Below are positions 29,272-38,905 of a stretch of 64,000 nt of DNA, one piece after another. The translations under genes and the position numbers were made by a program. The stretch's first letter is position 1, and each line of letters begins with the position of its first letter. Origin of the DNA: the human T2T-CHM13v2.0 reference genome, Homo sapiens; assembly GCA_009914755.4 (NCBI GenBank), contig CP068257.2:12320001-12384000 (forward strand), written 5' to 3'. The notes below the pieces were generated by a model, which saw only the letters and a list, made by a program, of their open reading frames with translations, was not told where the DNA came from and searched no databases.

Positions 29272-29352
29272 GCTCTGCTGGTTCTTCGTCAGTTAGATAG
29301 CATTGATTTGTGGAATCCTGATGCTCCTGGAGAAACATTTTGGGAGATTAGG
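29272..29352 (+). pseudogene. NF1 (pseudogene copy): NF1 pseudogene exon segment, homologous to the NF1 region encoding ALLVLHQLDSIDLWNPDAPVETFWEIS
   Basis: The acceptor is aaaattcag| and the donor GAGATTAG|gtatatg. Translation ALLVLRQLDSIDLWNPDAPGETFWEI(S/R) matches NF1 ...EAMEALLVLHQLDSIDLWNPDAPVETFWEISS. The true 5-prime exon boundary in the parent gene is uncertain. Confidence 0.7.
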
Positions 29353-30933
29353 TATATGTACTTTTATTCTTTAAATTCAACTTTTAAATTTTATTTTGTA
29401 TTTTTTGTCTTGAAATATTAACTCTATAGTATTTAGTATATTGTAAAACTTATACTTCCAAAGGTTTTATGATTTTGTATTTTTTTGACTTCAAATTATT
29501 AGAATTTCTTGTTTTAACTGTAAAAAAAAGTGTCACAGCAATTTAGAAAATAAGTTTTAAGAATAGTGCTAAATTTTGTCACCCAAACAAGTACTGTTGT
29601 TTGGTATATTCCCTTTTTCAGATTTCAATGTGGTTACTACTATGATTTAAATAGATTTTCACAGTTTTAAGCCTAGAATGATAAAATTTTGTAAAAATAT
29701 TGTTTTTTCAGTTTTTTAAGCTGTGTGATCTTTCACAAACTTTCTGTAATACCAATGCTTTTGATGAATGAATTAATCATGGACACCTGCTTAGAAGACA
29801 AAAATATATACAGAATTTTGTGGTCTACTTCCTAGATTATATAAGTCATTACATTTTCATGAGCATAAAGTCACCACACTGAGGAAAATGGAAATGTGTA
29901 AACCTCAAGTTTGCCATTATCTTATAGGAATAGGTGTGCTAAGTTACATGGCAGCTGAATTAAACCTTACTCTAGAGCAATGCTCTCCAATAGTAATATA
30001 ATGAGAACCCCATATGTTAAAGTTTCCTACATTAAAGAGTAAAAAGAAGCAGGTAAAGTTAATTGTATTAAATTTTATTTAACCCCGTGTATATTATCTG
30101 TAATATAATTTCAACATGTAATCAATATAAAAGTTATTAATGACATATTTCATTGTCTTTTTTAAATAAAGTCTTCGAATTTTGGTGTGTCTTTTATACT
30201 TGCAGCACATCTCAATTTGAACAAGCCACACTTAAAGTCCTCGATAGCCATGTGTGGCTGCCCAGTGGCTACCATGTTAGACACTGCAGCTCTAGAGTAG
30301 GGATCAGGAAACTTTTCTCTTAAGGCCAGATAGTAAATATTTTAGGCTTTGCAGGTCATACAGTTTCTGTCATAACCATTCAGTTCTGCCTCTGAAGCAT
30401 GAAAGTGGCCACAGACAATATGTGAATGAACGGGCGTGGCTGTGTTTAACTAAGACTTTATATTTACAATAGCAAGTGATAGGCTGGATTTGGCCTATGG
30501 ATGGTAGCTTGCAGACCCGCTGTCCTCATTCAGCTACCTCTGTCCGCCAGGGGAGTGCCTAGGTGGCCAGAACCTCCTCTGGGCTTCAGCCCATGCTGCT
30601 TAGGTCCGGGGTCCCTTGGGGAGTCTCTGAACGTGCACCTCACAGTCTCACGTTTGTGTGGTGGACGATGTGCACATGCCTGCCCATCCTGGGTGGAATC
30701 CTCACGTGCTTGAGAGTCTAACACACTTCTAATAACTCATGAGGAAGACAAAATTATAAAGGAACTTTTCAAATACTTAGAACTGAAGAATAATAAAAAT
30801 ACTACATAGCAAAATGTGTAGAATGTAGTTAAAGTTCATTGTATACAGGGAAATGTAGCCTTTTAAAGACAGACTGGAAAAGAAGAAAGGCTACAAATTA
30901 ATGAGTTAAGCTTCCAACTTAAGGACAAAAGAG

Positions 30934-31159
30934 GCAAGGCATGGTGGCTCACGCCTGTAATCCCAGCACTTTGGGAGGCTGAGGTGGACAAATCACCTGA
31001 GGTCGGAAGTTCAAGACTAGCGTGACCAACATGGCAAGACCCCGTCTCTACTAAAAATACAAAAATTACCTGGGCATGGTGGCGGGCGCCTGTAATCCCA
31101 GCTACTCAGGAGGCTGAGGCAGGAGAATCGCTTGAACCTGGGAGGCAGAGGTTGCAGTG
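30934..31159 (+). mobile_element. Alu SINE, sense, truncated abruptly at 3-prime (ends ...GGTTGCAGTG) and abutting PPP6R2-homologous coding sequence
   Basis: GGCAAGGCATGGTGGCTCACGCCTGTAATCC...GGGAGGCAGAGGTTGCAGTG, then caccaagtcagaccctgactcacgc... with no poly(A) and no remaining Alu right-arm end. Confidence 0.85.
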
Positions 31160-31270
31160 CACCAAGTCAGACCCTGACTCACGCTACCGCCCCTGCCACC
31201 CCCAGTTGTTTCAGAAGTGCTGCCTGGGGCAGAGGATCCTGGAGGCCTGGGAAGCCAATGACCACACACA
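31160..31270 (+). pseudogene. PPP6R2-like exon (…[22 protein letters not shown]), 5-prime part replaced or abutted by a truncated Alu
   Basis: The sequence ends ACACA|gtaaga. Spliced to the next exon it reads Q-ATGCMRHGN. PPP6R2 has ...[39 protein letters not shown] (recalled). Confidence 0.75.
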
Positions 31271-32258
31271 GTAAGAGCCACTCGGACATGGAGGGACCCA
31301 GCCTGGCCAGTCAGGGATGCAGAAACGCACCTCAGCCGGGCACTGGTGATGCTGCGTGCAGGACTGCATGCTCTGGTGGAGCGCTGGGTGTGCGACACAG
31401 CTCCACACTCTGAGGCTGCCATGCAAGGGGCCCTCCTACTGGGTGGACAGCTGCAAATGCTACTTGGGGAGGGGACACAGGGAGCTGACAGGAAGCAGTC
31501 CCAGCCCCACCAGGCACCTGCTCTGGCCCCTGCCCAGCCTGGCTTGCCTAGGCTTTGCCCTCTTGCGGGTCCCCTGTCCATTCCTGATCTTCCCCCAAGA
31601 ACTCGGGTGCTCTATCAGCACTCGCACATGGGGACGCGTTATTTTGGTCTTTCCGTGTCTTCTGCTTAATGGGTGCTCCCTCTGGTCAGGACACATGTCC
31701 TGCTTATTGTCCTGGACCCAAAGCCATCCCCACCCATTCATTGTCCTGCTGGGAGCTGTCTGGCTCTGGGCGATATGAGGAGGGACTCACTGGAGCTGGG
31801 AGGGGTTTGAATGCAGCTGTGGGGAAGCAGAGGCTCAGCTGGGCTGCACAGCATGGAGGTCCCGCCCGACCCTCCCTGCAGGGTGCTGAGCCTGAGCTTT
31901 GCAGCTGACAGCGTGGGCTCAGCTCCTGCGCTACTGCTGCCACCAGCAGGGCTCAGGCCACACCACGGCCTTTCTGCCTCCGTTTCCCTGTCTGTAAAAT
32001 GGGATGAGAGCAGTGTCTGTCTCCACGTCTGTCTCAGTGGCACTTTTGGTAGTGAGGTTGGGGTGAGCCTGCTTCACGTGGCAGGTGCTGCTCAAACAGA
32101 AGTGTCTTGGAGGCAGGGCCGGGGGCACAGGCTCCGGGCAAGGGCCGGGCTCTTGCTCTGGAGGTGAACCTGGAGGCCTGTGCCACTTGGCTCACCGGGT
32201 CATGGGTCTGGCAAGGTTGGGGCCAGGCGGCCACCCTGATGGTGCCTGTGGCTTTTAG

Positions 32259-32374
32259 GGCGACGGGTTGCATGAGGCATGGGAACATAGGCCACCTCAC
32301 GCAGATCGCCAACGTGCTGGTGCAGAACCTGGAGCAGGGCTCTGTGCAGACGCACATCAGCGAGGTCATCTGAG
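32259..32374 (+). pseudogene. PPP6R2-like exon with an in-frame TGA where the parent has Arg (ISEVI* versus ISEVIR)
   Basis: The acceptor is gcttttag| and the donor TCTGAG|gtgagc. The TGA codon is at 32371-32373. Confidence 0.8.
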
Positions 32375-33659
32375 GTGAGCCCCCCACCCGGTCATCCTTT
32401 TGCTGGTCGTGGGCACCGGGGCTCTGAAGGAGCTGCTGCCCGAGGCTCCCCTCTGCCCGTCAGCAGGTGCTGATTGCACTGACAGTGAAAGACCCCGCAG
32501 CCGTCTCTGTCCTCTCACTTCCCACATCAGATCTGTCCTCAGGGGGACCTGGGTCTCATGTGTCAGTTCTGTTGGGCAGACTTCTGTGGAGACCCTACCA
32601 GGCATCAGCATGTAGCACAAGAGATAGTCCCTGCTGGGGGCAGTTGGTGACTCCGGAGCTGGTGCTCCGAAGCCATTAGCGCTGCCAAGCTCCTTGCAGC
32701 TCATGGAGTCCTGCCTGGGTGTAGGCAGTCCTGGCCGTGTGCCAGCTTTGCTCTGCATTCAGGTGGTTGGAGAGTCTCACATTCTCACTCAGGTGTGAGA
32801 CTTCATAGCACAAGTCTCAGGGAAACAGGTAGCACCCTGTTTCTTAAGAGCACAGTGGGTTAGGTGGACACAGGCACACCACATGTGTGGCAGAGGCGGG
32901 CCCAGCCATGGCCCCTCCTCCCTATACCGGTACAAAGTGAGGAAGCTCTGGATGGTCCTCCCCGCACCCCAGGACCATAGGGTGAGGGGTCTCCTGGGTT
33001 GGGCCCCATTGGCCCCTAGCAAGGTCAGGCCTGCCGGCCGCTGTCACAAATAATAAGAGCAGGGCAAGAGGAGGGCAAAAGAGATGGGTGGAGGTGGAGG
33101 CCAGGGAGGGCTCCCCAGGGCAGGGGTGGTTTAGGGAGGCGAGGGGCAAGCAGGAAGCTCTTGGATCATCCCATACAGTCTCCCGATTGTGAATCCTTCC
33201 GGGGTTCTGACCTCCCCGGAAAAACAGACAGGACACACACCCAGGCCTGCAGGCTGCTGCTGAGTTTGGGCCTGTGAGGCAGGGTGAAGGAAGCTTGCTG
33301 CTTTCTCAGATTCTGTTCCACAGCTTCTGCGTTTCTGGGAGTTCCTCAGAATGGGCTTCCACACCAACAGACTTGGAACTCGGTTGCCCACTGAGGTCTT
33401 GGTAGGGGCAGAAGTGCCCACCACCCTGCCCACAGTTGCTGCACCTCAATCTCACTGTGGCCCCAGGCCCCTCCGGACACGCGACTATGCTGACTCCTTC
33501 CCATCCAGCAAAGCTCCTGCTTCAGGCCCTCAGATGGACTGACCACAGTAGCACCGTCCCATCCTCCTGGACCCAGGATGCACCTGCCAGAGCGCCTGAG
33601 TGCCCTGAGCCATGTGCAAGGGCTCTCCCAGGGCTCACCAGGCTGCACTTTCCTTGTAG

Positions 33660-33745
33660 AGCTCCCTGTGGATTGCCATGGCTGCTAGGAGAGCTTCGTG
33701 GAGGAGACGCTGACGGAGACCAACTGCAGGAACACTGTGGACTTG
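33660..33745 (+). pseudogene. PPP6R2-like exon with an in-frame TAG (CHGC* versus CRGRW) and a mutated donor (TT instead of GT)
   Basis: The acceptor is ccttgtag|. The TAG is at 33686-33688. After GACTTG the expected gtgagg reads ttgagg at 33746. Confidence 0.75.
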
Positions 33746-34313
33746 TTGAGGAGGCTTGGGGCTGCGCCCTCGGCGCCGGCATGGTGCTGGGACGCAGGAG
33801 GCTCGGGGCTGCCCCCTTGGTGCATGCACGGTGCTGGGACACTGTCAGACACTCCTGTCTTTGCCCCGAAGCAGAGGCCAAGAGAGGCACAAGGGCCGCA
33901 CACCTGCCTGCTCCTCTTGGACGCGGGTGCCCGAGCATACCCTGCAAGTGTGCAGTCTGTCCTCCAGGCTGATGCCTGCAACACAGACCCTGTCCTGTGC
34001 CACACCCAGGGCTGGTCTCTGAGGACCTCTGTGCAGAGCTGGTGTTGGCCCCAGGTCCCTTCCCTCCCAGTCCAGGAGCTGTAGCTTGTTGGCAGGGGGC
34101 TCCATATGCCTGAGACCAACCTGCCCCCTGCACATGGATGTTGGGCTGTCACGGGGCCTTGGCCTCACCTGGGCACCTCCTTACACAGCAAGGCCTCCTG
34201 GGCCCAGAGATCTGATGAGTGACATGTTGGGCGGGGTCTGGGAGCCCTGGGCTGGGCAGGGTCTGGGGCGCTGGGCTGGCTCACACACCCACCCCATCTG
34301 GCCTGTGTTTTAG

Positions 34314-34388
34314 GCAAGCACTCACTACCTTCACTCCTGGAGTGAGGACATTGAGGGTGCTTTCCCTAATGAGCTGTCCCTTCAGCAG
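34314..34388 (+). pseudogene. PPP6R2-like exon (ASTHYLHSWSEDIEGAFPNELSLQQ)
   Basis: The acceptor is tgttttag| and the donor CAGCAG|gtgagg. The parent has ...STHHLHSSSEDEDIEGAFPNELSLQQ, so one codon is missing here. Confidence 0.8.
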
Positions 34389-34847
34389 GTGAGGGCGTGG
34401 CCGGCCCCTGCACCCTGCCGGGCCCTTCCTGGCACCTGTGTGCTCTGTGCTTGGTCCTCCAGACAAGTCTCTGATGGCATCTCACTAGCAAAAGGGAGAG
34501 GGGGCTCATCTCGGAGCACGTATGGGGTGGGGTGGGTCTGAGGGGAGAACTCCAAAGTCACTCCACCTTGATGAGAGCACTGAGAACACAGCAGATAAAC
34601 TCGAAAGTCAAAGAATATGGGACGTATCTCGGATGTAAGCACAGTGAGCACGCGGCCTGAGTTTGGGTAGAATCGTGAGCCCTGAACAGTCAGAGTTTAC
34701 TGCCCACTTTTGCTGGAGGAGAAGCTCCTGAACAACTAGAGAGACTGTGGTTCCCAAAGAGCAGCCTGTAGGCCTGAGGACTGCTCTATGACCGGCGTCA
34801 GTCCCTGCCTCCCTCCCTCCGTCCCTCCTTCCCTCCTTCCTTCCCAG

Positions 34848-34945
34848 GCCTTCTCTGACTACCAGATCCAGCAGATGACGGCCAACTTTGTGGATCAGTT
34901 TGGCTTCAATGATGAGGAGTTTGCAGACCATGACAACAACATCAA
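34848..34945 (+). pseudogene. PPP6R2-like exon ([32 protein letters not shown])
   Basis: A long polypyrimidine tract then cag|. The donor is ATCAA|gtgagt. Confidence 0.8.
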
Positions 34946-35070
34946 GTGAGTCCACTTGGATGCCCCCTGCACGAGGCACGACTCCCCCTCCTCGCTGCTG
35001 AAGTCCCATGGGGGCAGCTCCCTTAGTCCTTGCCGGGAGATAACAGGTGTTTCCAGTTGCATGAGGGTGC

Positions 35071-35412
35071 TGAGGCCCCCAGTGAGAACCAGGGGAGGAG
35101 CACTGAGGCCTCAGATGAGCACCGGGGGAGGAGCCCTGAGGCCCCAGATGAGCACCAGGGGAGGAGCACTGAGGCCCCAGATGAGCACCGGGGGAGGAGC
35201 GTTGAAGCCCCAGATGAGCACCAGAGGAGGAGAGCTGAGGCCCCAGATGAGCCCCGGGGGAGGAGCTCTGAGGCCCCAGACGAGCACCGGGGGAGGAGCG
35301 CCGAGGCCCCAGATGAGCACCGGGGGAGGAGCGCCGAGGCCCCAGATGAGCAGTGGGGGAGGAGCCCCGAGGCCCCCAGATGAGCAGTGGGCGGGGCAGG
35401 GAGCGCCGAGGC
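35071..35412. repeat. 30-bp minisatellite/VNTR, ~11 copies (GAGGCCCCAGATGAGCACCGGGGGAGGAGC), intronic in the PPP6R2 pseudogene
   Basis: Perfect or near-perfect 30-mers in tandem. They generate the periodic ORF EAPDEHRGRS... in the ORF track. Confidence 0.9.
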
Positions 35413-35432
35413 CATCCCCCTTGCTCTTGCAG

Positions 35433-35490
35433 CGCCCCATTTGACAGGATCGCGGAGATCAACTTCAACATCGACACTGACGAGGACAGT
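35433..35490 (+). pseudogene. PPP6R2-like exon ((N)APFDRIAEINFNIDTDEDS)
   Basis: The acceptor is ctcttgcag| and the donor GACAGT|gtgagc. It is in phase with the preceding exon. Confidence 0.8.
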
Positions 35491-35766
35491 GTGAGCGAGC
35501 GGGGCTGTGCGGGGTCATGCAGGCACCCTGTTCCCAGGCAGCTCAGGCCGCGCCCATGGCTCGGTCTGTGGTGGGCCTGTGCGGTGGGGCTGGGAGAGGC
35601 CCCTCTGTGGAGCTAGGAACAGTCGCTTTTCTTGACCCTCCCCATCATGCCCTCCAGCCCATGGCGCCCACATCCTGAACTAAGCCCCTCTGGGAGCCCT
35701 GTGGGGAGAGCGCCTCCTGTCTCCCCCAGACCCTCTGGAAACTGACCTTGGCGTTTTACTCTGCAG

Positions 35767-35864
35767 CCCAGCGCGGCTCTGAGGCCTGCTGCAGCGACCG
35801 CATCCAGCACTTTGATGAGAACGAGGACATCTCGGAGGACAGCGACACTTGCTGTGCTGCCCAG
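35767..35864 (+). pseudogene. PPP6R2-like exon with an internal frameshift (PSAAL in one frame, then EACCSDRIQHFDENEDISEDSDTCCAAQ in another). Coding homology probably continues past 35864
   Basis: The acceptor is tctgcag|. The two halves match the parent in different frames, so an indel of non-3 length near GCTCTGAGGCCTGC is implied. Confidence 0.65.
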
Positions 35865-36997
35865 GTGAAGGCCAGAGCCAGGTGCGGGGCCTGCCCATCC
35901 CCCCAAAGCCTCTGCCGAGGAGGTGCAGCCCCCAGAACACCCGTCAGATGCCCAGACGCCCTGCTGTTTGTTATGCCGGCTCGCAGAGCAAGCACACCGG
36001 TCCTGCAAGCACTGGCGCCCAACGCAGCGGGTGACCCTCAGGAGCTCGGAGCTGAGGCCTGGAGCGACTCGTGCTCCTCACTCAGGGCATTCTGTGCTCA
36101 CCCTCAGCCTGGAGCCTGCTGCTGTCACTGACCCTCAGTGTTAGGCATCTGTCCTGGGCCACCAGGCATCTGACTCTGCATCTCCCCGAGGTTTGGAGCC
36201 CCCCATGCTTCAGAAAGCTGCTCAAAGAATGGCCCGGAGTGCGGAGGCCAGGATGGGAAGGCGAGCTTGGAAGCAGACCATGATCCGCCTGGGGCAGGTG
36301 CCCCCTAGACCCTGGAAAGAACAAAGCCCCTCCTCTGGAGGGTGACTCAGAAGGTGGTGCTGTGGGGCAGGGGCCGGGGACGTGTGTGTTGGGGGCAGGA
36401 CATGGTACCCTGGCCTAGGGGTGTGGAGGCTTCATTTGGAGCTGAGGCATTTGGGGCTCACTGTGGCCCGAAACCTGCATCTCCAGCTCTTTCCCAGCCA
36501 TCCTGAGTAGGGGTCTGTGCTGCCCTGTGCCCGGCACAAGGTGGTCTCCTGCCCCTGCCTCTCGGTTGTTGTCACTCTGCCACTGTCACCAAGGTTGGTG
36601 GGTGGTGTCCACCTAGTCCCCATCGTCCACCCGGCCCCCACACAATGCGACACAGGCCTGATGCCCACCCCAGCACAGCAGCACAGCCTGGCCTCCACCC
36701 TCACGGCTGACATCTAGGGCAGGAGCCAGTCCACCCCGCAGGCTGCGCGGCTGATAAGACCCCTCTCCTTACCCCTGCTCTGGGGGCAGCACTGACCCAC
36801 TCAGGACTTTGGGGAGGGGGCAGGGATCTCTGTTAGGAGGTGCCGAGCTCTTAGCTGAGGCCAAAAGAGAGAGCAAGGGCAACACCCTGGGGAAGCAGGA
36901 ACGTCCCAGATAGGAGGAAGGCGGCTCATCCTTGAGGCCAGGGAGGGCCTGGTGGTGCTTGGTGAGCTGCCATCTCTGTTGGATGCGGTCCTGGATA

Positions 36998-37350
36998 GGA
37001 CAGGGCAGTGGCATCACCTCCACACTGTCAGCGTCAGCCATGCTGGAGGCCTAGGGGCCCTCAGGCGCCTGACTGAGCCCCAGGTCATGGAGGGCAGTGG
37101 CATTGCCTCCACACTATCAGCGTCAGTCCTGCTGGAGGCCTAGGGGCCCTCAGGTGCCTGACTGAGCCCTGGATCATGGAGGGTAGTGGCATCGCCTCCA
37201 CACTGTCAGTGTCAGCCTTGCTGGAGGCCTGGGGGCCCTCAGGCGCCTGACTGAGCCCCGGATCATGGAGGGCAGTGGCATCACCTCCACACTGTCAGTG
37301 TCAGCCCTGCTGGAGGCCTGGGGGCCCTCAGGCGCCTGGCTGAGCCCCAG
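36998..37350. repeat. ~90-bp tandem repeat x4 (GGATCATGGAGGGCAGTGGCATCACCTCCACACTGTCAGTGTCAGCCCTGCTGGAGGCCTGGGGGCCCTCAGGCGCCTGACTGAGCCCC)
   Basis: Four near-identical consecutive units are visible by eye at 36998-37350. They lie in the PPP6R2-pseudogene interval. Confidence 0.85.
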
Positions 37351-37570
37351 TTCACACACCCCATGGATGTTGGCAGCTTGTCAGGACCCTCGAGCTGTCC
37401 CCTGTTATTCTCTGAGGGGCTGAGGGGCACTGCTTGGGCCTCCCTCCTGGAGCAGCCCCATGTTCCTGTCAACCTCTGTGGGGCTCCCAGTGGGGGGTGC
37501 GCTGCCTCCCCTTTGCCTGCAGCACCCCAGACAGGCCTGCCCTCACCTGGCCACTGTGTCTCTCACCCAG

Positions 37571-37728
37571 CAGACACCATATGGATGACAGTGTTTGATA
37601 AGCCAGCAAACTCGACGCCCATAGCCCCAGGAGTGGTGAGGGACAGGGTTCCAGCGTGTGGGCAGCTGGCACCTCAGCTCCAGAGGAGAAAGGCTGGGCC
37701 AGTTCACCGAATTCCAGCCTTTCTGCTG
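37571..37728 (+). pseudogene. PPP6R2-like exon with a 1-nt frameshift (…MTVFDKPANSTPIAPGVVRD…SAPEEKGW then FTEFQPFCW in another frame)
   Basis: The acceptor is tctcacccag| and the donor TGCTG|gtaaca. The homology switches frame near GGGCCAGTTCACC. Confidence 0.7.
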
Positions 37729-37831
37729 GTAACAAATGCATTGGCAGGAGGGGGCCGTGTCAGGAAGTGCCTTCCAGGGTCAGGAGGTGCCCGTCCTCCG
37801 GGACTGACCCTGTCCTCGTCCTTGTCTGTAG

Positions 37832-37923
37832 CTCCGAGTCAGGGCCCAGGTGCAGCTCTCTGATGGACACAAAACACAGCCAGGCTGAGGCAGCCAGAGC
37901 CAAGGCCTCGAGAAAGCCTGTGA
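37832..37923 (+). pseudogene. PPP6R2-like exon (SESGPRCSSLMDTKHSQAEAARAKASRKP)
   Basis: The acceptor is ttgtctgtag|. The donor position is ambiguous (…CCTGTGA|gtagca fits the downstream frame). Confidence 0.65.
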
Positions 37924-38673
37924 GTAGCAGCAGTGCAGGCGGCACCCAGCCTCCTGCAGAGGCCTAGCCTTGCCCAGTTTAAGGCCTGAGGCCAGCTGGC
38001 CCCCCTCCTTGGGGTCAGTGGGAGGAGGTGGCCAGGACCCTGCATGCTGCTAGGTCTCTTGTGACATTGGGGTTTGATACAGCAGTGGGACTGGAGCAGC
38101 CACGTGCAGATGGGGAGGCCCCCAGAGGGGAGGCAGCAAGGCCATTGGGCTGGCCCTGAGCCCCGTCTGAGCAGGTGGCACAGCCCAGGTCTGTACCCTT
38201 GATTCTAGACAGCAGCACCAGGACCCCAGCATTGAGATGTGTGTGGGTGGGTTGTTGGCAGGAAGCCATTCTGGGGCCTGATCAGAGCCCCTGGCCCCCA
38301 GGCCCCTAGTCAGGCCGAGAGGCTCCCCCAGACAAGGCTGAGAGCTCCAGGCGAGCGACAGCTGGCTTCCAACACTGGTGTCCCCGGTGCTTGAAGGAGC
38401 TGTGGCGGGACCACACAAGGCAGAGCGGGCCCCTTCCTGAGCCTCTGCGTCCTCATGTGAGACCAGGGCACATTGCCCTGTATCATGGGGGAGGCAACAG
38501 TGTTGCTTGTGTGGAGACCACATGGAAGGTGTGTGAGCCTGTTAGCCTCGTCATGCTGTTTCCACACAGGTACACGTGTGCAGGTAACAGGCTGCATGTG
38601 AGAGGGCTACACGTAAGGGATCCCTATGGCCGGGGTTGCCACACCCTGTGGCCCCTCCTGCCTCACTGGACAG

Positions 38674-38905
38674 CACAGGCCTCCTACTCTGCAGTCAGCC
38701 CAGCTTCTCCATGTACCTCCGTGTACCTCCGTGTGTGTCACCAGGAAGGCCCCCCTGCTGGCCTCTGACAGCAGCTCCTGTGGGGGCTCCGACAGCGATA
38801 CATGACGACCAGAAGGCAGTGAGTGCCATGGATGCTGTGAACACCCGTCCGGGCCGGGAGGCCCCCCGCCCCCGCTGCCCACAGTGGCCAGGACAGAGGA
38901 GGCTG
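38674..38905 (+). pseudogene. PPP6R2-like exon (…QASYSAVSPASPC…DQKAVSAMDAVNTRPGREAP…PTVARTEEAV) with a 10-bp internal duplication, an in-frame stop and a frameshift
   Basis: The acceptor is cactggacag|. gtacctccgtgtacctccgt is duplicated at ~38707-38730. GGL*QQ is a stop in frame. The PTVARTEEAV homology is in a shifted frame. Confidence 0.65.

Noticed and set aside
30480-30730. GC-rich patch with ORFs on both strands (30501..30713 plus, 30530..30724 minus)
   Set aside because: There are no recognisable splice sites or protein similarity. It is probably intronic sequence of the NF1-derived duplicon or an old diverged repeat.
35023-35444. Repetitive-peptide ORFs (EAPDEHRGRS)n and reverse-strand equivalents
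   Set aside because: They are produced by the 30-bp intronic VNTR, whose period is divisible by 3. They are flanked by PPP6R2-pseudogene exons, so an intronic location is far more likely.
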